Assembly: GCA_038207335.1 (NCBI GenBank)
Contig: JBBQZX010000007.1
Location: 138,651-202,650, forward strand
Origin: Chthoniobacterales bacterium
Lineage (GTDB): Bacteria; Verrucomicrobiota; Verrucomicrobiia; Chthoniobacterales; Chthoniobacteraceae
Length of the DNA stretch: 64,000 bases
Direction: 5' to 3'
Both the position numbers and the translations under genes were made by a program. Shown one piece after another: positions 56,604 through 64,000 of this stretch. The notes beneath the pieces are model-generated. The model did no database searches. It was not told where the DNA came from and saw nothing but the letters and a program-made list of their open reading frames with translations. Numbering within the stretch: position 1 is the stretch's first letter; each line of letters begins with the position of its first letter.

Positions 56604-57320
56604 CTACTTTTTTCCGAAGAGATTCCAGCCCGTTCCTTTGTCCTGCTTGTTTTGCTGGACTTTGAGCTGGCCGAGGAGGCTTTGCAGGCCGAGGTAAATT
56701 TTATGCCACTGGGCCTCGACGTTGTGGACGGCGTCGGGCATGTCGCTGAGGTATCGCAGCGAGGGAGCGTTGCCAAAGAGCGCGTTGACTTCTTCTTTCT
56801 TCGGCCCCTGCTTGTCGGCGCTCGCGAGGATGGCTTCGAGGCCTTGAGCAATGATGCTTTTGATCTCGAGAAACTGGTTCTCATCCTCTCGCGAAAATTT
56901 CTTGTCGCGCGCGAGATTGACGTAGCTGTTGAACTGCTTCCAGCACTCGATGTAGTTCTCCAGATGCAGTGTGAATTCCTCGAGGTTTTTGTAGTGCATG
57001 GCGGGTGAGGTGTAGGCGCGGGCGAGGTTGAGGGTCGCGGGATTCAGGAAAATGAGGGCGCCGCCGCGGAGTTCGCGCGCGGTGATGGTGAGGCCGCTGT
57101 AGTGGATGTAGAGGTCATTGAGCGGAAGATTAGTATCGGCGGCGCGCTGGAAGGCATCGATGACGACGCGGCCAATTTCGAGGACGACAGTGGTGGAAAA
57201 CGTGCTTGGCAACGTAGAGCCGACGATGCCGCCGCCGCGATGGACGGTGAAGCAGCCGGATGGAAGGCGTTCGGGCCAGAGCGGCTTTTGGGAGCGGGAG
57301 AAAGGTTTTAGCAGAGCCAT
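56604..57320 (-). CDS. Hypothetical two-part protein: roadblock-like N-terminal half plus helical C-terminal half
   Basis: GCFTVHRGGGIVGSTLP...helix...LYIHYSGLTITAREL.GGALIFL pattern; internal Met at 56999; overlaps the upstream regulator by 13 nt. Confidence 0.75.
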   Translation of the reverse strand: MALLKPFSRSQKPLWPERLPSGCFTVHRGGGIVGSTLPSTFSTTVVLEIGRVVIDAFQRAADTNLPLNDLYIHYSGLTITARELRGGALIFLNPATLNLARAYTSPAMHYKNLEEFTLHLENYIECWKQFNSYVNLARDKKFSREDENQFLEIKSIIAQGLEAILASADKQGPKKEEVNALFGNAPSLRYLSDMPDAVHNVEAQWHKIYLGLQSLLGQLKVQQNKQDKGTGWNLFGKK

Positions 57321-58357
57321 TTTGCCTCGATTTGTTTCATGGTCTCGCGGATGTGGGGGAGCACGGCGGAGCGAGTGAAGCCGACGCCGAGCGCTTCGTC
57401 GTCGCCGATGAGGACGGCGATGTGACGCTGCGCGCCGAGTCCCTCGACTTCCTGGAGCTGCCCGGCTTCGAGCTGGTCGCCGAGGCCGCGGAGCGCGCGA
57501 GACGTTTCATGGATCCACGCGGCCATCTCCTCGGGATTTTCCATGCCCCATTGGTCGAATTTCGCCTTGTCCGAACTCTCAACCGCAACCGCGAATTGCA
57601 CGCCTTTGTATCGCGCGAATGCGGCGAGCCCGCTGTCCTCCACCAGCGCGGGCGCGGCCGCGGCGGCTTCATCGAGCGACTGCGCAGTTTCCATAAGCAG
57701 ACTCTCGTACGAGCTGAAAATCGTGCGCGGGCGGGGCATGTCGGACGGGAGAATCTCGAAGTTGCCGGTCTTCCAACGAAGCATTTCGAGGAAGGCATCT
57801 CGACCGGAATGCTCGCCAGTCGCGGCGTCGATGATCTCGCCGCGCTGCACCCAGATGCGGCCCTCGCCAGTCGCGGTCGTCACCTTCAAAATGGCAGAAC
57901 TCTGCGTGAGACACTCGAGCTGCACGATATCGACGAGCGTTTTGCTCTGCACTCCGCGGAAGCCGCCCGCCTCCTCACGCTCGAGTAGCGACTCGATGCA
58001 ATCGACGAAATTGATGATTTCTTTGCCGGTCTTCGGCTTCTCCATGTAGAGGTCGATGCCCATCGCGTAGGCACGCGCGCGGAACTGCTCATCCTCCGCC
58101 GCGGTCATCACGACGACACGCAGCGCGGGGAATTTTCGCCGCACGATCGCGAGGACTTGGAAGCCGTCCATCTGCGGCATTCGGAGATCGACGAGGAGAA
58201 GATTGAACGCCTCGCTCTCGAGAAGCGCTATGGCTCGTGGACCATTATCCGCCGTGTGGATCTCGGGTTGGCTCGGGAGCCGGGCGAGGATTTCCTGGTA
58301 AATTTCGAGGATGTCGTGCTCGTCGTCGAGGATGAGAATTTTTTGCCGGGAGGCCAT
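57308..58357 (-). CDS. Response regulator REC plus DUF4388 (PATAN-like) plus C-terminal roadblock-like domain
   Basis: ILILDD, LVDLRMP, EKP; GFRGV...LVDIVQL...GRIWVQRGEIIDA...GRDAFLEMLRWKTGNF...LLME...DE. Confidence 0.85.
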   Translation of the reverse strand: MASRQKILILDDEHDILEIYQEILARLPSQPEIHTADNGPRAIALLESEAFNLLLVDLRMPQMDGFQVLAIVRRKFPALRVVVMTAAEDEQFRARAYAMGIDLYMEKPKTGKEIINFVDCIESLLEREEAGGFRGVQSKTLVDIVQLECLTQSSAILKVTTATGEGRIWVQRGEIIDAATGEHSGRDAFLEMLRWKTGNFEILPSDMPRPRTIFSSYESLLMETAQSLDEAAAAAPALVEDSGLAAFARYKGVQFAVAVESSDKAKFDQWGMENPEEMAAWIHETSRALRGLGDQLEAGQLQEVEGLGAQRHIAVLIGDDEALGVGFTRSAVLPHIRETMKQIEAKWLC

Positions 58358-58408
58358 GAGACGTGAGGGAAGGGATGCGCGATTGGAACAGGTTGCGCGG
58401 CGAATGAA

Positions 58409-58424
58409 AGCACGAGGCAGGCCA
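58409..58424 (-). promoter_or_regulatory. Sigma54-like -24/-12 element for the leftward operon
   Basis: Minus strand TGGCCTGCCTCGTGCT, i.e. GG-N10-GC. Confidence 0.55.
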
Positions 58425-58466
58425 TTTCAAAATCATCGATGAGAAAAACATGCGCTGCTGTGCAAT

Positions 58467-58482
58467 TGGCACTTCGCGTGCT
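58467..58482 (+). promoter_or_regulatory. Sigma54-like -24/-12 element for the rightward operon
   Basis: TGGCACTTCGCGTGCT, i.e. TGGCAC with GG-N10-GC, 30 nt before ATG 58513. Confidence 0.62.
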
Positions 58483-58512
58483 TAGGGTGAGCGTCGCCAA
58501 CCCCACGCTTGC

Positions 58513-60111
58513 ATGATCAAGTTCCTCAAAAACCTTTTTCAGAAACCTCCGGCTCCCGTGAAATCGGTGACCCGTGTCCTCCACGATGGGCCATCGGTCC
58601 CGGTCGTAAAAGTGGAAACCGCATCGCTCTCGCTTGCGGCTATTATCGCGCGCTTCCCGGCAGACTTGAAATCAACGATAGCCGCCGCGCCGGATCCGAA
58701 TGTGATGGTGGCACTGCCGCTTTCCACGATCCTGAAACAGCTACCCGGCGGCTCCGTGAAAATGTCGTTGGCGAGCATTTACCGGCAAGCACCTGCGGGA
58801 ACATTTTCTTCCCGCGTGGAGGAAAAGCGGATGGTCGAGATTCCGCTCGGTGAGATTTTCAAACGCGTAAAACCGGAACTACTGAAGCGCCGCGACGACC
58901 AGCGGATGCACGAGCTCGCGGAGGAAGAGGGCTTCGACGTTTTCGGCGATCCCGAAAATCCATACGCGGTCGCGCCGACCGTTCCGAAGGCGCCGGAGCC
59001 CGCGCCCACGCCCGCGCCGATCGCACCGCCGCCGTCGCTGCGACTCGCCTCGGCAAAAGCGCCGATCGCTGTGGAGGAAGAAGAACTGCGAATCGAAACG
59101 CTTCCGGTCGCTCCAGCTAAGCCGCTCAAGGTAGAACCGCCTCGTGAGACAAAGCCAATCGCCGCTGCTTTAAAAAGTGACGCGGGTCCAGTCGTGCTGC
59201 CGTTGCCGGACATCTCGACAGGCTGGCCAGCGGATATTCTCGCGGAAATCGGATCGCTGACGGGCTCGACGGTGACGCTTCCTGCGGCCGGGGTCACGGC
59301 CGGACTCGCGAAGGGCAAAGTGGCATTCACATGGGGTGAAATTCGGAGCTGGATCACGCCCACGCTCACCGAGCCTTCCGCGGCCCGCGACGCGATCGAG
59401 CTGCAGATCCCGCTGCGAATCGTCGCTCCGGCATTTCTGAAATCTTCGAAGGATGGAGGCAGCCGTAAGCGCCTGACGGTGGACGACTCGATCCCAACAC
59501 TTTTTGCCGGTGGGCCGCCGAAACCTGAGCCCGTACAGAAAGCCGTGACGCCTCCCGAGCCCGAGCCTGAAGCTGCCGCCGAGCCCGAAACCCAGCCAAT
59601 CCCATCCCCGGTCATTCCCGAATCGATCGCTCCTCCTCAGCCTGACGATGCCGAGCCCGCTAGCGAGCCCGAGCACGTCTTGGCCGCGCCCGCCCACGAG
59701 CACGAGCCCGCGCATATCTCCGGAAATGTCGGAAATATTTTCGGCCAGCCGGACAAAACCGACTGGACCCCGGCGGACATCGTGAAGGCCGTGGTCAAGC
59801 TGCCGCAAGTCGCGGGAGCCGTCGTCGCATTGCAGGAGGGTCTCGTCGTCGCGCACTCGCTTCCTGAAAACATGAAAGGCGATGTCGTCGCGGCGTTTCT
59901 CCCGCAGATATTCGGGCGGTTGAATCAATACTCCGGTGAGATGAAGCTCGGCGAGATCGACGATGTCCTCATGTGCACTCACGGCGCTTACTTTCAGATC
60001 TTCCGGCTCGGATACGTCTTCTTTGCAGTACTCGGAAAGCCCGGGGAATCGCTTCCCTGGCAGGAACTCCGAGTTCTCGCCGAAGAACTCACCCGCCAAA
60101 CTCAAAAGTAA
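58513..60111 (+). CDS. Pro/Glu-rich protein with a duplicated unrecognised domain and a C-terminal roadblock/LC7 domain
   Basis: C-terminal LPQVAGAVVALQEGLVVAHSLP...VAAFLPQIF...MKLGEI; two ~80-aa internal repeats; PEP-rich linkers. Confidence 0.85.
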   Translation: MIKFLKNLFQKPPAPVKSVTRVLHDGPSVPVVKVETASLSLAAIIARFPADLKSTIAAAPDPNVMVALPLSTILKQLPGGSVKMSLASIYRQAPAGTFSSRVEEKRMVEIPLGEIFKRVKPELLKRRDDQRMHELAEEEGFDVFGDPENPYAVAPTVPKAPEPAPTPAPIAPPPSLRLASAKAPIAVEEEELRIETLPVAPAKPLKVEPPRETKPIAAALKSDAGPVVLPLPDISTGWPADILAEIGSLTGSTVTLPAAGVTAGLAKGKVAFTWGEIRSWITPTLTEPSAARDAIELQIPLRIVAPAFLKSSKDGGSRKRLTVDDSIPTLFAGGPPKPEPVQKAVTPPEPEPEAAAEPETQPIPSPVIPESIAPPQPDDAEPASEPEHVLAAPAHEHEPAHISGNVGNIFGQPDKTDWTPADIVKAVVKLPQVAGAVVALQEGLVVAHSLPENMKGDVVAAFLPQIFGRLNQYSGEMKLGEIDDVLMCTHGAYFQIFRLGYVFFAVLGKPGESLPWQELRVLAEELTRQTQK

Positions 60112-60117
60112 CTTTTC

Positions 60118-60732
60118 ATGGCTATCATCAACCAGGCAACCAAGGAGCTGCAGGTAAAGATCGTTTACTACGGCCCGGCCAAGAGCGGAAAGACGACCAA
60201 TCTCGAGCAAGTCCACAGCAACGTGCAGGTACCGAATCCCGAGGCAAAAGGAAAGATGACTTCCCTCGCGACCAGCAGCGATCGGACATTGTTTTTCGAC
60301 TTCTTTCCGCTCGAAGCGGTCGCGATCAAAGGCTTCAAGACCAAGTTCGCACTCTTCACCGTACCCGGCCAGGTCATCTACAATGCGACGCGCCAAATTG
60401 TGCTCCGCGGCGTGGATGGCATCGTCTTTGTCGCTGACTCTCAGTATGACAAGATGGAGGAGAACATCGAAACCTTCCGGCACCTGGAAGAGAATCTCAA
60501 GACGCTCAACCTGAGCCTCGATGACATTCCCTACGTAATGCAATACAACAAGCGCGACCTGCCGGACGTCGCGCCGGTGGAGTACCTCGACTTCCTCTTG
60601 AACAACCGCGAAGTTCAAGTGCCATCCTTCGAAGCCTCCGCTTCAAAGTGCGAGGGGGTCTTCGATACTTTGAACATGATCACCAGGATGCTTCTTCACA
60701 AGTTTCTCAACGAAGGCGGACGCCGTCGCTAA
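60118..60732 (+). CDS. mglA: MglA-type small GTPase
   Basis: KIVYYGPAKSGKTTNL, DRTLFFDF, FTVPGQV.Y, LRGVDGIVFVADSQ, QYNKRDL, ASA. Confidence 0.95.
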   Translation: MAIINQATKELQVKIVYYGPAKSGKTTNLEQVHSNVQVPNPEAKGKMTSLATSSDRTLFFDFFPLEAVAIKGFKTKFALFTVPGQVIYNATRQIVLRGVDGIVFVADSQYDKMEENIETFRHLEENLKTLNLSLDDIPYVMQYNKRDLPDVAPVEYLDFLLNNREVQVPSFEASASKCEGVFDTLNMITRMLLHKFLNEGGRRR

Positions 60733-60745
60733 CCCACCTAGACCT

Positions 60746-61225
60746 ATGAGTCAGTTCCCTTCGCTCAACCAGGAAGACATCGATCACATCGACGCAGCGT
60801 TGCGAGAATTGCTTCGCAAAAGCGAGGCTAACATCGCCTTGCTCGTCGAGAAGGCGGGTTACCTGATTCACCAGTGCGGAAACCCCGAGCAGATCGATAC
60901 AACGACCTTCGCAACTCTCGGTTCGAATGCCTACAACGCCGTCCAGTTCATGGCGAGCCTGGTTAATGAGAGCAACTTCACAAGCATGTATCAGCAAGGG
61001 GAGAACTACAGCACCCTCATGCTCAACATTGATGAGAACTCGCTTCTGGTGATCGTATTTCCAACTCACCTAACAGTCGGCTCGATGAAGTATTTTGCGG
61101 GTCCCACGGTGAAGTTGATCGCTGACCGCATCCAGGTCAGTTCCGATCGCGGCGACACAGGACTGGACCTTAGCGACCTGAATCCCGACGACGTGCAGGC
61201 GCTCTTCCAACAAAAGAAGAAGTAG
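60746..61225 (+). CDS. mglB: MglB-type roadblock protein
   Basis: ALLVEKAGYLI, FATLGS, MASLVNESNF..MYQQGE; C-terminal DLNPDDVQALF; 13 nt after mglA. Confidence 0.88.
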   Translation: MSQFPSLNQEDIDHIDAALRELLRKSEANIALLVEKAGYLIHQCGNPEQIDTTTFATLGSNAYNAVQFMASLVNESNFTSMYQQGENYSTLMLNIDENSLLVIVFPTHLTVGSMKYFAGPTVKLIADRIQVSSDRGDTGLDLSDLNPDDVQALFQQKKK

Positions 61226-61448
61226 CATTTGAAGTGCGGCGGTAGAACGATTCGCCGACGCCGCTTTGGTATGCGCCGAAGGCGCACGGGGAGTTAGAAC
61301 CACAAACGCGCAAACAAGAGAAAAGCGTTCGGGCAGGCTTATTGCATCCCATACCCGTGGCCGCTGCGGTAGAATCTCGTGATGCTGCGTAGAGGCGATT
61401 GGCAGAAACGCGGGTGCGGCGTTGATGGAACGAGTGAGAGATGTGCGC

Positions 61449-62042
61449 TTACTCGCGCGCGGCGAACATTCGTTCGACGTATTTGGCCAGGAGGTCGAAC
61501 TCGAGGTTCACAAACTCTCCCGGGTTTTTAGTGCGAAGATTGGTGACTGCCAGGGTGTGCGGGATGATCCAGACGACGAGACTTGTGGGCGATAGCTCGG
61601 CGACGGTGAGGCTGATGCCGTCGATGGCGATGGAGCCTTTTGCCACAACGTAATGAGCGAAGTCAGAAGGCAGCGCGATCTCCAAACGCCAATCGGTGCC
61701 GTGCTGGGTGAAGCTCAGGACGCGAGTCGTGCAGTCGATGTGTCCTTGGACGAAGTGTCCTCCGAGCCTGCCGCTGGCGGGCAGGGCGGGTTCCAGATTC
61801 ACGGCCGAGCCGGTTGCGAGTTGGCCGATGTTGGTTTTCGAGAGCGTCTCGTTGAGCAGGTCGAAGGTGAGTTGCTGCTCGTTTTGCGAAGTCACTGTAA
61901 GACAGCAACCGTTCACCGCGATGCTCTCGCCGAGCTTGGTTCCAGCGGCGAGGTTTTCGGATCGGATGGTGAGCCGCGCTCCATTCCTCGTTTGTTCGAA
62001 GGCGAGCACTTCACCGAGTTCTTCAACGAGTCCTGTGAACAT
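61449..62042 (-). CDS. ribE: Riboflavin synthase (alpha chain)
   Basis: [55 protein letters not shown]. Confidence 0.96.
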   Translation of the reverse strand: MFTGLVEELGEVLAFEQTRNGARLTIRSENLAAGTKLGESIAVNGCCLTVTSQNEQQLTFDLLNETLSKTNIGQLATGSAVNLEPALPASGRLGGHFVQGHIDCTTRVLSFTQHGTDWRLEIALPSDFAHYVVAKGSIAIDGISLTVAELSPTSLVVWIIPHTLAVTNLRTKNPGEFVNLEFDLLAKYVERMFAARE

Positions 62043-62048
62043 GATTTT

Positions 62049-62810
62049 CTACCAAGCGAGCGTGCGGACGGGCTGGCGTTTTGCATTCTCGCGGATGTCA
62101 ATGATGTGCCCGTCGGAGAGGTGGATGACGCGGTCGGCCATGTCGGCGAGCGTCGAGTTGTGGGTGATGATGACGGTCAGCGTGCCGAGTTCGAGATTCA
62201 CGTGCTCGATGGCTTCGAGAACTTTAATGCCTGTCTTCACGTCGAGCGCGCCGGTCGGCTCGTCGCAGAGGAGGACTTCGGGGCGCTTTGCGATGGCTCG
62301 CGCGATGGCGACGCGCTGCTGCTGGCCGCCGGAGAGCTGCGACGGAAAGTGGTCCATACGGTCGGTGAGTTCGACGAGCGCGAGCGCTTCTTCGGGCGTC
62401 ATCGGGTCGCGCGCGATCTCGGTGATGAGCGCGACATTCTCCCGCGCGGTGAGGCTTGGGATGAGATTGTAAAATTGAAACACGAAGCCGACGGAATCGC
62501 GGCGGAAGCGCGTGAGTTCGTTTTCATCGGCGTCGCCGAGGTCGCGTCCGCGGTAGGTGAGCGTGCCGGCGGTGGGGACGTCGAGGCCGCCGAGGTTGTT
62601 GAGCAGTGTCGATTTTCCACTGCCGGAGGCACCGAGGAGGACGATGAGTTCGCCGGGAAAAAGATCGAGGTCGATGCCGTCGAGCGCGCGCGTTTCCACC
62701 TCGCCGGTCGTATAGATTTTCGACAGTCCGCGTGCGGAAAAAAGCGGCTCGCGTGCGGGCTCGTTAGGCTCGCGGATCAAGTGCGGACGGTCAGGCGCGA
62801 GCGTTCCCAT
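62049..62810 (-). CDS. LolD/MacB-type ABC ATP-binding protein
   Basis: [46 protein letters not shown]. Confidence 0.93.
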   Translation of the reverse strand: MGTLAPDRPHLIREPNEPAREPLFSARGLSKIYTTGEVETRALDGIDLDLFPGELIVLLGASGSGKSTLLNNLGGLDVPTAGTLTYRGRDLGDADENELTRFRRDSVGFVFQFYNLIPSLTARENVALITEIARDPMTPEEALALVELTDRMDHFPSQLSGGQQQRVAIARAIAKRPEVLLCDEPTGALDVKTGIKVLEAIEHVNLELGTLTVIITHNSTLADMADRVIHLSDGHIIDIRENAKRQPVRTLAW

Positions 62811-62817
62811 CGCGGCG

Positions 62818-63999
62818 TCAGGCTGCGGTCGTTTCGAGTTTCGCCTGCAAATCCTTCGCCTTTTGCGCTGCGTCGTGGGCGACGTTTTTGTAGGCGTCGA
62901 AGTCGTTGAACCAATATTTTTTCGCCCAGCGATACATCCAGTGCTGCTCGGGGATTTCCTCGCCGGGCAGCCATTGGGAAAAGCGTGGCTCCATCGCGTC
63001 GAGCTCGGCCATCGCGGTGCCGCGCATCGTCGTGTCGCGCGCACCGTGTTTGATCACGAGTTCTTTCACCAGATCGGGCCGCTCCAGCACCACACAGCCG
63101 CGGGTGTGCTGCGCGCTGAGTTCGCGGAAGTCCTTCAGGAACGTGCTGTCGCGCATCGTGGCGAAGACGCCGCGCGGGTCGCGGATGTTTTCCGTGGCAA
63201 ATTGAATGATCGGACACGGCTCGATGTCGCCGCGTGGGTTGACGTGATGCGAGATGCCGTTGCTCATCGGGCAGAGCGCCTTGCCCTCGCCGTCGTAGTA
63301 GGCGTCGATGATCGCGATCGGCACCTTGGCGCGCATCTCGACCACAAACCGCCGCACCCGCACGAGCTGCTCCGGCGTGAGCGCGAGCTGCGCGTTCATC
63401 TTCGGCCCGACCGGCCGGTAGGTGTGAAACCAGCAGTAATGCACGCCGCGCGCGATCAGCTCGCGCAGCCACGATTCCGTGCAGAGATCATCGATATTCG
63501 TCTGGCAAACACTCGTCGCCACTCCGGTCAAAATCTTCTCCCGCAGGCACGCGTCCAGCCCGCGTAAGGTCCGCGCGAAGACTTCCTTTTTTCCCCGCCG
63601 CTCATCGCTCACGATCTCGCGCCCCTCGATGGAAATCAGCGGCGTCGCGTTACCCACCTTCCTCAACTGCTTCGCGATCTTGTCGGTGATGAACTGCCCA
63701 TTCGTGAACACTTGAAAGTAAGCGTCCGGGTGCGCCGCGAGCAGGTCGAGCAGCTCCGGGTGCATGAACGGCTCGCCGCCGAGGATGCCGAAGAACGCGT
63801 TCCCATGCGCCTTCGCGTCGTTGATCGTGCGGTTCAGCGTCTCCAGATCGATCTGCGTGCGCTCCGCCTCCACATCCACCCAGCAGCCCTGGCAGCGCAG
63901 GTTGCACGAGTTGAGGATCGAGAGATAAAGGAACGGCGGAAAGTATTCCCCGCGCTTGATTCGCGACTTGAAGCGCTCCACCGAGAGCATCCCCTTCAC
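62818..63999 (-). CDS. Radical SAM protein (5' end probably outside the window)
   Basis: [23 protein letters not shown]; later CPM...EPCP...GC suggests a SPASM/twitch-like region. Confidence 0.9.
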   Translation of the reverse strand: MKGMLSVERFKSRIKRGEYFPPFLYLSILNSCNLRCQGCWVDVEAERTQIDLETLNRTINDAKAHGNAFFGILGGEPFMHPELLDLLAAHPDAYFQVFTNGQFITDKIAKQLRKVGNATPLISIEGREIVSDERRGKKEVFARTLRGLDACLREKILTGVATSVCQTNIDDLCTESWLRELIARGVHYCWFHTYRPVGPKMNAQLALTPEQLVRVRRFVVEMRAKVPIAIIDAYYDGEGKALCPMSNGISHHVNPRGDIEPCPIIQFATENIRDPRGVFATMRDSTFLKDFRELSAQHTRGCVVLERPDLVKELVIKHGARDTTMRGTAMAELDAMEPRFSQWLPGEEIPEQHWMYRWAKKYWFNDFDAYKNVAHDAAQKAKDLQAKLETTAA

Positions 64000-64000
64000 C

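Noticed and set aside
57308..58357. RomR ortholog
   Set aside because: REC is followed by a DUF4388-like domain, not the long Pro-rich linker and C-terminal helical region of RomR.
62043..62048. FMN riboswitch before ribE
   Set aside because: ribE starts 6 nt after the upstream gene.
1..64000. CRISPR array, rRNA, tRNA, transposase, integrase or prophage genes
   Set aside because: No regularly spaced repeats, cloverleaf motifs or DDE/recombinase/phage proteins seen by eye; short RNAs could still be missed without cmscan.

Overview
GC-rich bacterial chromosomal segment, most likely from Verrucomicrobiota (inferred from a PEP-CTERM protein, a DUF1800/DUF1501 pair and a long-form IspG). It holds about 60 genes. 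I found no rRNA, tRNA, CRISPR array or intact transposase. In order: a PEP-CTERM lectin, an L,D-transpeptidase, two hybrid histidine kinases, tricorn and C39-like proteases, aguB-aguA, two cyclophilins flanking a MenA/MenT-like toxin-antitoxin pair, thiD, cdsA-dxr-rseP-ispG and a GH75 lipoprotein. Then a ~20 kb surface-glycan region (31.2-51.2 kb) with Wzm/Wzt, CysC, two sulfotransferases, a lower-GC LpxD-like/FabH-like/ACP acylation cassette, a DegT aminotransferase and MsbA. Then DUF1800/DUF1501, ribE, an orphan ABC ATPase and a partial radical SAM gene. The best candidate for an undescribed system is 56.6-61.2 kb: an expanded MglA/MglB small-GTPase locus. It has up to four roadblock-type domains, a REC-DUF4388 regulator and a Pro-rich protein with a duplicated domain I do not recognise. 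It is split into two divergent operons, each preceded by a sigma54-like GG-N10-GC motif. I also noted leaderless-type promoters, several intergenic repeat families and gene-scale switches in C/G skew. All family assignments come from reading motifs by eye; no searches were run.
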